NCBI GenBank assembly: GCA_963738615.1
Contig: CAVTXI010000019.1
Span: 154,771-218,770, forward strand
Direction of reading: 5' to 3'
DNA from: an uncultured beta proteobacterium
Lineage (GTDB): Bacteria > Pseudomonadota > Gammaproteobacteria > Burkholderiales > Burkholderiaceae_C
DNA: 64,000 nt
Made by a program: the position numbers and the translations under genes. Each line of letters begins with the position of its first letter. Positions within the stretch are counted from its first letter, which is position 1. The notes under the pieces were generated by a model. That model ran no database searches. It was not told the DNA's origin and saw only the letters and a program-made list of their open reading frames with translations. Shown in pieces: positions 28,401 through 39,534 of this stretch.

Positions 28401-30710
28401 CGATGTCGCCCAGGAACTGATCGTGTTCGGCGAAGCGCCCTTCCAGTTCTTCGATCTGCGCGAGCAGCCGCGTCAACGCCTCGTCGCACTTCTCGGGCGT
28501 GTCGGCGAACTCGACCGCGTTCTCGACCGCCTGGCCGAAAAGCTTGAACTGCGCGCCGAATTCGGCCGCAGCTTCGGTTGCGCCGAGCGACTTGCGGCGC
28601 TGACGCGCATCGGCGCGCAGGCGGTTGATGTCGGCATACAGCGCAGACACGCGGTCGAGGATCGCGGTTCGCGCGACCGCATCGCCGCCGGGCAGGTTGC
28701 CGAGCTGTTCGGTCAGCAGGTCGAGCCCGCCCGCGTGTTCGTCGAGTGCGCTCAGGTGCGCGATCAACGCGGGCGAGGTCGACGCCTGCGGCAGTTGCGC
28801 CGCGATCGTGTCGACCGCGGTGCGCGGCCCGTCGAAGGCTTTCGCATCGGACAGGAACCCGAGCGCGCGGACACCGACGCGCTGCTGCTCGTCGGCCAGC
28901 TCGGTATCCATGCCGTCGATACGCGCAGCATCCGCATAACGCAGCTCGCGCAGCAGTTGCATCTGGCCGCGGCGCTCACGCAGACGGCCCAGCGCGTGCA
29001 TGAAGTCGTCGCGGCTCGCGCCAGATCGTGCTGGCGATGTCGGTCAGCAGCGCGCGCTGCTCGCCTTGCGCCTGGCGCAGCGCACGTTCGGTCTGCGTGC
29101 GGATGCTGTCGACCTTTTCGAACTCGGCCAGCGTGGCGCGCGCCGAATCGGCAATGCCGCGCAGCGCGGGCTGCACCCCACCGGCCTCGGGCTCGTCGAG
29201 CCAGCCGCGCGCGTCGACGATGCGCGTGCACTGGCGGATCAGGTCTTCGTACGCCGCGCGCGTGGGCACCTGTTCGGCGACTGCGCGGCCCACCGCCATC
29301 AACTCGGACACGCCACGCACCAGCTCGGCATTGCCGACGCGCGCGAAGAAGCCTTGGCCCACCGGTTGCGCGGCCGCGTGTTCGTCGCTGGCGAACGGTG
29401 TGCGCCACAACTGCATCGGGTGCACGCGCGTGGGCTCGTCGCGTTCGGCCTGCACAACAAGGACGCGGCCATCGTCGAAACGCGCGTAGCCGTTGGCGAC
29501 GATCGGCGCGGCGAGCGTCTTGTCGATCAGGTTGTAGGCGAACAGCGCGTAAATGCCGCCGTCGGGTTGGTAGAACACATACAGCACGTCTTCGCCGTTC
29601 GGCGAACGCAACACACGTTTGAACCGCAGGCTGCGGACCACGTCCGGCGGAAGGTCGAAGCGTTTGAACTCGCCCGATTGCAGGTAGCAGCCGCCGGGGA
29701 AGACGATGCCGTGATCCTCGGGCAATTGCACGCAGGCGTCGCCGATCGCGTCGATGCGTTCGACCTGCTGCGTGCGCCGGTTGTAGACGAGGTAGCGCGT
29801 CGCTTCTTCGCGGTACGGCCGCACGCGCAGCAGCACCAGTTGGCCGACCTGCGCGAAGCCGATGTCGGCGTCGGCGAGCGATTGGTTCTTGTCGTCGACC
29901 GGCTCGCTGTAGATGCCCAGGCCCGATTCGGTGTTGTTCTCGATCTTGACCGTGAGGTCGCCGCCGACGGTCTCGACGAACACGGTGTCGAGGATGTTGA
30001 CGTGCGGGTGGCGGCCGGCCACCTGGTGCTCGCGCGTCGCGATCGTCCACTCGAAGTCGTGGCTGGGCGGCAGCGCCATGTCGCGCTCGCCGCGGTTGTC
30101 GAGGTAGCGCGGAATGCCGTCGCGGCCGAGTTGCCAGCGGAAGACGCGAACGTCGTGCAGTTGCTGGCCGATACGGAACGCCGCAAGCAGCTTGTCGTGC
30201 GTGACGCGCAACTGCACCAGGCTCGCTTGCTTGTAGTAGGCGTGCAGCTCGCGGAAGTCGGACGCGAAACGCGCATCGTCGAGGAAGCTGCCGGGCAGCG
30301 GCACCGCCTCGAGCTCGCTGCCGGCGTGCTTCGGCGGCATCGGCGTTCAGGCGGTAGAGCGCGAAGACGTCGGCGATCGACGTCTCTTTTCGCAGGCCGA
30401 TGAAGACGTTGAAGCCGAAGAGCAGCAGCTCGCCGATGCGCACCAGGTCGCGCGCAACGCAGTTGTTCTCGGTGCGCGCGCGGGTGCGCAGCACGAGGGC
30501 CGAGTCGGAGCGGCCGAACTGCGCGATGCGCGCGTCGTTCAACGCACGCGCTTGCGCGAGCAGGGTTTCGCCTTGCGCGGCCAGGCGCTTCTTCAGCAAC
30601 TCGTAGCTGCCGCTGTCGGCGACCATGCGCTCGGTGGCCGAGGCTTCGGTCACCTGCGTGCCGGCCGCCGGTGAGTCGACGGCCCCTTCGAGCTGTGGAT
30701 CACGCGTCAC
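25431..30710 (-). CDS. very large (~1750 aa) AAA+ ATPase-domain protein downstream of flotillin (three or more apparent frameshifts)
   Basis: Contiguous minus-strand coding read through frames 28764..30710, 28976..30340, 27442..29001 and 25431..27833; the C-terminal half has Walker A ISPPGYGKTT and Walker B MLYVDDIQH plus a poly-Pro linker PAAPPPPPPPPTGEG. Confidence 0.6.
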
Positions 30711-30732
30711 GTCGCCGCTTCACTTCGCCACA

Positions 30733-32819
30733 TCACTTCGCTGCTTCGCCGAGCAGCGTCTTCAACGCCGCCTTCTGCGCCCCGCTGCCATCACGCGCGA
30801 TCTTCTGCACGAAGGCCGCGACCGACAGTTGCTGCATCTCGCCGGCCGAGCCGCCCAGCGCGCCAAGCAGATCCTTCAAGTCGCCGACCATGTCGCGTTC
30901 GCCGCTCAGGTGGTCCTTCAGCCCGACCTGCAGCGTGCGGCTGCGGTCGATCACACCGTCGATACCACGGCCGATCGACAGCGCTTTGACGAAGCGGTCG
31001 AAGTAGTCGCCCTCGCCGCCGACGATGTCGATCTTCGCGTTGGCCATCGCCTTGCCCAGCACCTCGGCCTGCTCGCGCGCGATGCCGGCCTGCGCGTCGA
31101 TGCCCTTCATCGTCTCGACGTGGTTGCGCTCGAGCGCCATGCGGTATTCCTCGTGCTGCCGCGTCTCGGCGCTCATCGACTTCATCGACTCGAACTTCTC
31201 GCGCAGGCCCTTCGCCTCGGCGCCGAACGCGCACTTCGATCTTGCGTGCTTCGGCTTCGCCCTGCTTGACCACGGCGTCGGCATCGGCCGCACGCACGTG
31301 CACGTCGGCCAGGCCGATCTTTTCCTTGCCTTCGGCTTCGGCCAGCATGCGCGCTTGCAGCACCTGCGCTTCGGCGGTGCCGACCTTGTGCTTGCCAACC
31401 GCTTCGGCTTCGCTGAGCGCCAGCTTCGCTTCGGCGCTGGCCTTCTGAACCTTCGCTTCGGCAAAACCAGGCGCGGCAGCGATCGCCTCGACACCTTCGG
31501 CTTCGCGCTTCTTCGCTTCGGCGTCGCGCTCGGCGACCTTGAGCTTGGCGTCGGCCAGCGTCACCTCTTCGGCCGCCTTGTGACGCGCGCGCTTTTCCGA
31601 TGCTTCGGCGGCCTTGACGTTCGATCACCATCTTTTCTTCGGCCTGCGCTTCGGCGTGGATCACCACGGCCTTGCGCGTGCGATCGGCTTCGGCCACCAC
31701 GCGCACTTCCTTGATCGCCTCTTCCTGTTCGGCGACCGTGCGCTCGACGACGATGCGCTCGCGGATCACGTCGGCGATCGCCTTCTTCTGCACCTCGACG
31801 GCCTTGTCCTTCTCGATGCGTTGCAGCGTCACCTCCTTCTCGCGGTCGACAATCTCGAGCTCGCGCGCCCGCGTCACCTTCTCTTCTTCGATCGCGACCG
31901 CGCGCTTGCGGTTGTTCTCGGCCACTTCCTTCTCGCGCAGCACGTTCTCCTGCTGCACCGTCACGAACTGCTCGGACTGCAGACGCGCGAGTTCGGCCTT
32001 GGTCTTCTCCTCGGCCTGGACCTTCTTGGTCTCGGCGTCTTCACGCGCGCGCACGGTCGCGATCTCGCGCCCCTGCTTCGCCTGCGCGTCGGCTGCCTGG
32101 CGCTCGAGCTCGAGCATCGTTTCCTGTGTCTCCACGTCCTTCTTCTTGATCTGCATCTCGCCGTTGCGGCGCAGCTCGTTGGTGCGCACGTGTTCGGTCG
32201 CGGTCAGCTCGGTGATCTTCCTGATGCCTTGCGCGTCGAGGATGTTGTTGGAGTCGAGCTTGCCGATCGGCGTCTGCTCGAGATAGTCGATCGCCGCGTC
32301 TTCGAGCACGTAGCCCGAAAGGTCGTCGCCGATCTGGCGAATGATTTCGTCGCGGAAACGATCACGCGCACCGTAGAGGTCGACGAAGTCCATCGACTTG
32401 CCCACCGTCTTCAGCGCTTCGGAGAACTTGGCCGAGAAGAGTTCTTCCAGCGTCTCCTGGCTCGACGCGCGTTCGCAGCCGATGCCCTGCGCCACCTTCA
32501 GCACGTCTTCGGCGGTTTTGTTGACGCGCACGAAGAACTTCACCTTGATGTCGGCGCGGATGTTGTCCTTGCAGATCAGGCCCTCGTTGCCCGAACGGTC
32601 GATCTCGACCGTCTTCAACGAGATGTCCATCAACTCGGCCTTGTGGATGATCGGGTAGACCATGCGGCCGGTGAAGGTCACCTCGGGCTCGGCGCGCAGC
32701 GTGTTGACGATCAGCGCGCGGCCCTGCTCGATCTTGCGATAGAACTTCGCGAACATCGCGAACAGGCCGAGGATCAGAAACGCCAGGATGCCGGCGGCGA
32801 CGAAGACGGTGGTGGTCAT
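30733..32819 (-). CDS. yqiK: flotillin-like SPFH/band-7 protein (YqiK-like; apparent frameshifts near 31200-31560)
   Basis: Start MTTTVFVAAGILAFLILG, an SPFH domain, a long E/A/K-rich coiled coil and a flotillin C terminus (GEGDYFDRFVKALS..LLGEAAK). Confidence 0.75.
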
Positions 32820-32883
32820 TGGGGGGGATCTCCTCCGGAAGGCGATGTGTCTCTTGGATATTGGGCACGCGCGCTGCGTCGCC

Positions 32884-33546
32884 TCAGCCTGGGTCGGTAT
32901 CGATGCGGTCGTCGATTCGGTAGCGCGCGGTGGCCGCGTCGTACTCGACGAGTCGCGCGCTCGAGCCGCGCGTGAAGGTGTTCGGCGTCGGCGCCCACAC
33001 GCGCACGTTGATCGCGGTGCCGCGCTGCTGCACTTCGGCGCGGCCGACCTTGTCATCGACGCTGCCGGTCACGACCTTGCACGCCAGGCCGACGAGCGAC
33101 GCGTTGGTCTTCGCGCCGTGGGTGACGAAGAGCGGGCGCAGCGGGCGCACCGCGCGCGCGGTGAGCACGATCGACAGTGCGACGGCGGCGAGCGCGATGC
33201 CGAGCCCGGCGGCGACTTGCAGCACGGTGGTCGGAATCATCGGCATCAGCCACGCACTCGCGATGCAGGCGAAGGTCCACGCGAAGAGCACGATCAGGCT
33301 CACGACGACCGAGAACGGCACGCCGTTCAGGCCCATTGCGACGACGTAACTCGCGAGCGTGCTGATCTCGCCGGCATCGCCGTCGACGTGCGTGTGGACG
33401 TCGGCATCGACATCGAAGTCGAGCCCGTGGTGCGTGAAGTCGACCAGGCCGATGATCGCAAGCGCCCAATAGAACAGCACGACGCCCAGCAGCGCCGTGA
33501 AGATGACCGTCGGGAAACCGAAGGCCGCAGCCAGAAATTCGCTCAT
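32884..33546 (-). CDS. yqiJ: NfeD-like membrane protein (YqiJ/DUF1449)
   Basis: 220 aa with several TM helices and a C-terminal OB-like segment, directly upstream of flotillin. Confidence 0.7.
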   Translation of the reverse strand: MSEFLAAAFGFPTVIFTALLGVVLFYWALAIIGLVDFTHHGLDFDVDADVHTHVDGDAGEISTLASYVVAMGLNGVPFSVVVSLIVLFAWTFACIASAWLMPMIPTTVLQVAAGLGIALAAVALSIVLTARAVRPLRPLFVTHGAKTNASLVGLACKVVTGSVDDKVGRAEVQQRGTAINVRVWAPTPNTFTRGSSARLVEYDAATARYRIDDRIDTDPG

Positions 33547-33651
33547 CGTTCAGCGCCTCTCGGGCATTGGACCAGACGGGCAGAGCAAGCGCCCACCCTG
33601 GCGGTGGTCATGCGCGGGTTCGTGCGATGGATCACGATCGGCCACCTCGCT

Positions 33652-34035
33652 TCATCGGTTCCCCCACGCTCGCTTCGCTCGCTGCCCCCGAGGGGGCTGG
33701 TCCGCCTTGGGAGCGGCCCGGCGGCGGACCGACCGGCGTGTCGCAGCCGCCGCAGCGGGCGCGGCGCGTGCGGCCTTCGCCTGCGGCGCTGCCGCCTTCG
33801 CGGCCTGCTTGTTCGCGAAGCGGATCAGCTCGTCGGTGACGCGCTCTTTGATGCCGAGGCGATCTTCAGCCGGCATGCGGTAGCGTTGGCCGAGCACGTC
33901 GTAGTCCTGCGCGGACAGCGTCACCGTCAAGCGGGGCCGCTTCGCCTTGTGAACCGTCGGCAGGCCCAGCAGCAGGCGGATCTGGTCTGACGTTGACACA
34001 TCGTTGAGGAAGGCCGCGGCGCGCACGGCTTCCAT
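33652..34035 (-). CDS. hypothetical small protein (start uncertain)
   Basis: Open frame between the pspA-like and yqiJ genes; Ala-rich C terminus; weak support. Confidence 0.25.
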   Translation of the reverse strand: MEAVRAAAFLNDVSTSDQIRLLLGLPTVHKAKRPRLTVTLSAQDYDVLGQRYRMPAEDRLGIKERVTDELIRFANKQAAKAAAPQAKAARAAPAAAAATRRSVRRRAAPKADQPPRGQRAKRAWGNR

Positions 34036-34126
34036 CACCGCGGCTTCGACGTCGAACGCGACCTGCACCGCACGCAGCGCTTCGTCGGACCCGGTCCAGC
34101 GTGCCGGCTTCGTTCGCAACACGGTT

Positions 34127-34888
34127 TCAGGACCCGGTCTTGCCCGCCGATGCCTCGTCGCCGCCAGTGGGTGCCTCGCCCTTCGCGGCAGATGCGGCAG
34201 ATGCGGCACGCGCGCGAATGCGGTCGAGCACCTGGCGCTTGCGGTCGGCGTCGGGGCCGATGCCGGCGTCGTGCAGCTTGCGCTCGAGCGCTGCCGAGCC
34301 AACTTCTTGTTCCAGTTCTTCGGCCGCGGCCATGCGGTCGGCCAGATCGATGTGGCGCTGGCGGATGCGCTCGAGCGATTCCTTGGCGCTGGTCAGCTTC
34401 GACGTGCCGCCGACCAGGTTGTCGGAGATCGACTGCGTGGCGCGGTAGACGCTTTCGGTGGTCTGCGCCATGGCCAGTTCGCGCTCGTGTTCGCGGATGC
34501 GTGCTTCGGCCGCCTTGATCAGGTCCTTCAGCCGCTGCACTTGAACCGAATAGCTCGCGTGCGCCTTGGCCTGCTCGTCGAGCTGGGCTTCGACTTCGGC
34601 GACCTTCGCCGCGACCTCTTCGGCCAGGCTTTCCTTCGACTTGTCGAGCGCCTCGATCGCCAGCGCCTCGTAGCGCGCGGCTTCGCCCTTCAGGCGTTCG
34701 ATCTCGCGTGCGCTTTGCATCTGCTTGGCCATCACGGCGGTCAGTTCGCCGCGCGCCTGTTCGATGTGGTGCTTCGCGTCGAGGATCTCCTGCTCGTAGA
34801 TGCGCGCGCTGTTGGCGTCGACGACGCTGTCGCCGATCTCGCGCACGCTGCCGCGCAGCAGGGTCACCAGCTTCTTGATCACGGACAT
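34127..34888 (-). CDS. PspA/IM30 family protein (YjfJ-like)
   Basis: 253-aa coiled-coil protein with the PspA-family signature N terminus (MSVIKKLVTLLRGSVREIGDSVVDANSARIYEQEILDAKHHIEQAR). Confidence 0.85.
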   Translation of the reverse strand: MSVIKKLVTLLRGSVREIGDSVVDANSARIYEQEILDAKHHIEQARGELTAVMAKQMQSAREIERLKGEAARYEALAIEALDKSKESLAEEVAAKVAEVEAQLDEQAKAHASYSVQVQRLKDLIKAAEARIREHERELAMAQTTESVYRATQSISDNLVGGTSKLTSAKESLERIRQRHIDLADRMAAAEELEQEVGSAALERKLHDAGIGPDADRKRQVLDRIRARAASAASAAKGEAPTGGDEASAGKTGS

Positions 34889-34922
34889 GGGGTTCTCCTG
34901 GAACGTCGGAAGTGGGTCGGGT

Positions 34923-35339
34923 TCAGACGAGGAATTCGGCCATCGCCTCGAGCGCGTCGATCGCGTTGTCGCTCAGCACGGCGATGTCCTGCGCGACATC
35001 GGCCGCCGACGCGTCGCGACGCAACGCGCCGTAGAGCACGTAGCGGTCACCGACGCGGCCGAAGGACGACAGCGGCACCGCGGGGTTGAGGTCGAGCAGC
35101 GTGGACTGAAGCTCGGCGCGGCGCGCGGGCTGCACTTCGGCCTCTTTCCAGAGGTGGCACAAGCACAGGATCTGCATGTCGGAGCCGGTCACGAAGATCG
35201 GCAGTTCTTCACGGCCCTCGATGCTGAGCTGCACCACCGGCACGCGCCCGGGGATCGGCTGCAACTGCACCTGAAGGCCGCCCATCGCCTGGCCGACCAG
35301 CGCGTCGAGGCCGTTCAACTGCTCGAGCAAAGGCTTCAT
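34923..35339 (-). CDS. YjfI-like DUF2170 protein
   Basis: 138 aa immediately upstream of the PspA-like gene, as in the yjfI-yjfJ arrangement. Confidence 0.6.
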   Translation of the reverse strand: MKPLLEQLNGLDALVGQAMGGLQVQLQPIPGRVPVVQLSIEGREELPIFVTGSDMQILCLCHLWKEAEVQPARRAELQSTLLDLNPAVPLSSFGRVGDRYVLYGALRRDASAADVAQDIAVLSDNAIDALEAMAEFLV

Positions 35340-35502
35340 GCGTCACCCTCCTTGGCAGCCGCCGTGCGCCCGAGAGTGGGTCGCCGGCATCGACATATCA
35401 TGTCGATATCGGCATGTTATGTCCGACGGACATTTCATGTCAAGCGGTGTCGAGCGGTCGCAGCAGCATTCGTCCCGCAAGCGGGCGAGGGAGCTGACCG
35501 CT

Positions 35503-36813
35503 CTACCGGATCCGCCGCGCCTCGACGTAGAACCGCTTCTCGTGCGCCTCGCCCATCGAGAAGGTCTTGCGCGGCAGCGGCCCTTCGCGCACGACCATGC
35601 TCAGCAGCTCGCGCTTGCCGATCGGCGCCAGGTGGATGCCGACGCATCCATCCTGCATGGCCAGGCGCTCGAGCACGTCGTCGCCGTGCACGTAGTCGAC
35701 ATGGGTTGCGCCGCCCTGCCCGATCAGCTTGTCGACGACCGGTTGCAGCGTGCCGACCGCGAGGGTGGACGGCGGCTCGGCGATCTCGATCAGGGTGAAG
35801 CGCGGGCCCGGCCCGATCAGCCCGGCGGCGTGATGCGTGCCACCCGCCGCCGCCAGCACGCGATCGCGTAGAGCGCTGGCCGAAGGCACCTCGGTGCACG
35901 TCAGGCGTGCGCCGAACGTGTCGGCGAACGCGCGGCGCACGTCGGCGTGCACGCCGAACAGCACGCGATGGATCGGCTCGAACTCGAGCGCCGGGTCGTG
36001 GATGTTCTCGACTTCGACGAGCGCCCAGCGGCTGGGGTGCTGCATGCCCACCGTAGCCTTCACGCGCTCCCAGATCGCCTTGGCGGTGGCGAGCGAATGG
36101 TTGCCGTCACCGACGGCGAACAGCATCGGTGGCGTGTCGGGCGGCACGCCGTAGCGCGCTGCGAAGGTCGCCGCATGGCCCATTGCCCGCAGCGCCTGCA
36201 TGGCGCGCTCGATCGGCGCGCTGTCCACGGCGTAGCCCGCGACGTGCCCGCCGCCCTGCATCAGGTCGGTCGCATAGAGCCGCTTCAGCGCATCACGCCC
36301 CGCGGCGATCGGCTCGATCACCGTTCGATCGGGGTCGTCGATCAGCACCAGGATGTGCGGCAGCTCGAGCTCGGCGCCGCTGCGCACGGCCATCCGCGGC
36401 GCGAGCCGCTCGACGATCGTGCCTTCGGTCGGGCGGATCAGGCTTGTCGACCCGGGACGGAAGTCGTAGTGCTCGAGGTCGAGCTCGAGCATCAGGCCGC
36501 GGCGGGTTCGACCGCCGAGCGTGCGCTCGACGAGGATCGCGCCGTCATGCTCGACCAGCAGCCCTTCGTCGAGGTACCTGCGCATCGTCTGCTGGATGCG
36601 CGCGATGCGCGAAGGTGCGTCGGCCGCCCCGAGGAACGCTTCGGGGAAGATCAGGCGCAGGGTCGATGGCGCGCTGCCAACGTCACGCTCGACGCGGTGC
36701 CAGTAGTCGGGCTCGGACGTGTACTGGTCGCACGCCACGACCGCCCACTTCGCGAGGTCGATGCCGGGCCGCGGCAGGTGCACGCGCGGGAGGCGAAAGC
36801 CGGTTGTTTCCAT
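35503..36813 (-). CDS. DUF1015 family protein
   Basis: Internal start METTGFRLPRVHLPRPG of the longer ORF; about 437 aa with DUF1015 family motifs. Confidence 0.65.
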   Translation of the reverse strand: METTGFRLPRVHLPRPGIDLAKWAVVACDQYTSEPDYWHRVERDVGSAPSTLRLIFPEAFLGAADAPSRIARIQQTMRRYLDEGLLVEHDGAILVERTLGGRTRRGLMLELDLEHYDFRPGSTSLIRPTEGTIVERLAPRMAVRSGAELELPHILVLIDDPDRTVIEPIAAGRDALKRLYATDLMQGGGHVAGYAVDSAPIERAMQALRAMGHAATFAARYGVPPDTPPMLFAVGDGNHSLATAKAIWERVKATVGMQHPSRWALVEVENIHDPALEFEPIHRVLFGVHADVRRAFADTFGARLTCTEVPSASALRDRVLAAAGGTHHAAGLIGPGPRFTLIEIAEPPSTLAVGTLQPVVDKLIGQGGATHVDYVHGDDVLERLAMQDGCVGIHLAPIGKRELLSMVVREGPLPRKTFSMGEAHEKRFYVEARRIR

Positions 36814-36839
36814 AGCCGATGCTATGCCGGCCACGCGCG

Positions 36840-37173
36840 ATGACCGAACGACCCGACCTGTTCGCCGCCGTCGTGCCGCAGCTCGGCGCGCTCGACGCGG
36901 TACGCGATGATGCTCTGCATCACGCGCGGCGCTGACGAGCGGCACGCCGAGCGTGACCGGGTTGACGACGGCGGGATGCACGATGCGCACCAGCTCGCGC
37001 TTGGACTGCTTCAGCAGCAGCAGTCGGGCCGATCTTGATGCCGCCGCCGGTCGAACCCGCGCAGGTCGCGAAGCGCCCAGCAGGATGATCAGCAGCGACG
37101 CGAACATCGGCCAGCGGCCGTAGTCGTAGGTCGTGTAGCCGACGCGGCCGGCGCCGAGGATGACGATGTTCAT
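36840..37173 (-). pseudogene. trkH/ktrB-like potassium transporter gene fragment
   Basis: About 110 codons encoding a pore-loop region (..CAGSTGGGIKI.. then RLLLLKQSKRELVRIVHP after a frame change); TerC ends at 37194, so no room for the remaining ~350 aa. Confidence 0.55.
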
Positions 37174-37193
37174 TGGGCCTTGCGCGCCGTCCG

Positions 37194-37967
37194 CTACTCG
37201 AGCTTCTGCGCCGCCGACGGCGTGTCGGCCGCCTCGTACGGGCTGTGCAGGTCGACCACCTTCTTCGCGCGCTTGCGCATGCTGATGTTCAGCATCTCGA
37301 CCCCGAGCGAGAACGCCATCGCGAAGTAGACGTAGCCTTTGGGCACGTGGTGGCCGAAACCTTCGGCGATCAGCACCACGCCGACGACGACGAGGAACGA
37401 CAGCGCGAGCATCTTGATCGTCGGGTGGTCGGAGACGAAGCGGCCGATCGGGCTGGCGAAGAGCATCATCAGGGCCACCGACGCGATCACCGCGGCGATC
37501 ATCACGCGCACGTCGTCGACCATGCCCACCGCGGTGATGATCGAGTCGAGCGAGAAGACCAGGTCGATGATCATGATCTGAAGGATGACCGCACCGAAGG
37601 TGGCCTTGACCGCCGCCGCAGCGTGGCCCTCCTCGCCTTCCATCGAGCCGTGGATCTCGGTCGTGCTCTTCCACACCAGGAACAGCCCGCCGAGGATCAG
37701 GATCAGGTCGCGGCCCGAGATCTCCTGCCCGAACACGGTGAACAGCGGCTTCACCAGCCCGACGATCCACGCCAGGACGAGCAGCAGGCCGATGCGCATG
37801 AACATCGCCATGAACAGGCCCAGGCGTCGCGCCTTCTCGCGATGCTCTTTCGGCAGCTTGTCGACAAGGATCGAGATGAAGATGATGTTGTCGATGCCCA
37901 GCACCAGCTCGAGTAGGGTGAGGGTGGCGAAGGCGATCCAGGCTTCGGGGGAGGTCAGCAGTTCCAT
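37194..37967 (-). CDS. TerC family integral membrane protein
   Basis: 257 aa with conserved TerC blocks (LELVLGIDNIIFISILV, paired acidic residues in TM helices). Confidence 0.85.
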   Translation of the reverse strand: MELLTSPEAWIAFATLTLLELVLGIDNIIFISILVDKLPKEHREKARRLGLFMAMFMRIGLLLVLAWIVGLVKPLFTVFGQEISGRDLILILGGLFLVWKSTTEIHGSMEGEEGHAAAAVKATFGAVILQIMIIDLVFSLDSIITAVGMVDDVRVMIAAVIASVALMMLFASPIGRFVSDHPTIKMLALSFLVVVGVVLIAEGFGHHVPKGYVYFAMAFSLGVEMLNISMRKRAKKVVDLHSPYEAADTPSAAQKLE

Positions 37968-38129
37968 CGTGTGCTCGGGATGTGGCCGTTGGCCGGGTTC
38001 GAACGGACCGTGATGTTCGCCTTGGAACGCAACCGCGTTTGTAGGCGCAGTCCGATTCCCGCAGGCGGTGTTGGGGCTTGCCGTATCAGGCCAGCACCTA
38101 AGATCGCGACACGATAACGGAGACCCCCG

Positions 38130-39482
38130 ATGACCTCAGCGCTCGCGACGAATCGACCCGACCAAATGATCAACGCCAGGGCGCACCCGCGCCCTGGACT
38201 CGGCACCAGCACACGGCGCGACTGGTTGCGTCGCGGATGCGCCGCCAGTGCGGCCGTCTTCGGCACGCTGGCACTGAGCGCGGGTTGCGCGATGGCGCCG
38301 ACGGCCCGCACCGGCATCGATGCCGCGCCGCTGGACGCGTTCATGCGGCGCGTGGAACAGGACGTGCAAGCCGGCGTGGTGCCGGGCGCGGTGCTGCTGG
38401 TCGCGCGCGACGGTCAGGTGCTGTATCGCAAAGCCGTGGGTCGCCAGGACCCGGGCGGCAGCGCGCCGATGGCGGCGGACTCGATGTTTCGCATCTACTC
38501 GATGACCAAACCCATCGTGTCGGTCGCGGCGATGAGCCTGATCGAGGAAGGGCGCATGTCGCTCAACGACCCGGTGTCGCGCCACCTGCCGCAACTGACG
38601 AAGCTGCAGGTCGGCGTGGAGAAGCCGGGCGCCGACGGCAAGCCTGTGCTGGAACGCGTGCCTTCGCAACGCGACATGACCGTGCACGACCTGATGCGGC
38701 ACATGTCGGGCATGACGTACGGCGCGTTCGGCCGCTCGCTGGTGAAGGACGAATACAACAAGGCCGGCGTATCGCCAGGCGGCCCCGACATCGACTACGA
38801 CAACGCCGAACTGGTGAAGCGCGTGTCGCAGCTGCCGCTGTCGTATCAGCCGGGCAGCACGTGGGAATACAGCATCTCGACCGACATCCTCGGCGCGCTG
38901 GTCGAGAAGGTGGCTGGTGCGCCGCTCGACGAGGTGCTGCGTCGGCGCGTGCTGGGGCCGCTGAAGATGAACGACACGTCGTTCTCGGTGCCGGCCGACA
39001 AGCAGGGCCGCATTGCCGAGCCCTTCGCGACCGACCCCGACAGCAAGCAGGCGGTGAAGCTCTTGGACATCCGCCGCGTGCCGAAGCTGCTGGCCGGCGG
39101 CGCGGGCCTGGTGTCCACCGCCGACGACTACGCGCGCTTTGCGCAGATGCTGGCCAACGGCGGCACGCTCGACGGCACGCGAGTCTTGTCGCGCCAGTCG
39201 GTGCAGTGGATGACAAGCGACCACACCAGCGGCGTGCGCGGGCCGGCCTACGCACCCGGCCCGGGCTACGGCTTTGGCCTGGGCGTTGCGATGCGGCTGG
39301 ACAACGGCCAGTCGGTCTTGCCCGGGAACAAGGGCGACTTCCACTGGGGCGGTTACGCCGGCACCTTCTGGTGGCACGACCCGGCCGAGCGCCTGGTGGC
39401 GGTGTGGATGATTCAAGGGCCGGGGCGCAGCGCGTACTTTCGGCCGCTGATGCGCTCAGCGGTGTATTCGTCATTGAACTGA
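38130..39482 (+). CDS. serine hydrolase, class C beta-lactamase/esterase family, Tat signal
   Basis: S-x-x-K motif SMTKP, YxN-type downstream motifs, RRDWLRRGCAASAAVFG Tat-like signal. Confidence 0.8.
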   Translation: MTSALATNRPDQMINARAHPRPGLGTSTRRDWLRRGCAASAAVFGTLALSAGCAMAPTARTGIDAAPLDAFMRRVEQDVQAGVVPGAVLLVARDGQVLYRKAVGRQDPGGSAPMAADSMFRIYSMTKPIVSVAAMSLIEEGRMSLNDPVSRHLPQLTKLQVGVEKPGADGKPVLERVPSQRDMTVHDLMRHMSGMTYGAFGRSLVKDEYNKAGVSPGGPDIDYDNAELVKRVSQLPLSYQPGSTWEYSISTDILGALVEKVAGAPLDEVLRRRVLGPLKMNDTSFSVPADKQGRIAEPFATDPDSKQAVKLLDIRRVPKLLAGGAGLVSTADDYARFAQMLANGGTLDGTRVLSRQSVQWMTSDHTSGVRGPAYAPGPGYGFGLGVAMRLDNGQSVLPGNKGDFHWGGYAGTFWWHDPAERLVAVWMIQGPGRSAYFRPLMRSAVYSSLN

Positions 39483-39534
39483 TGCGCGCACCGAGCACAC
39501 GAGAATCCGGCCTACCGAAGCTTCGGGAGCGACC

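Noticed and set aside
35947-36843. Plus-strand ORFs opposite the DUF1015 gene
   Set aside because: Arg-rich antisense frames without motifs
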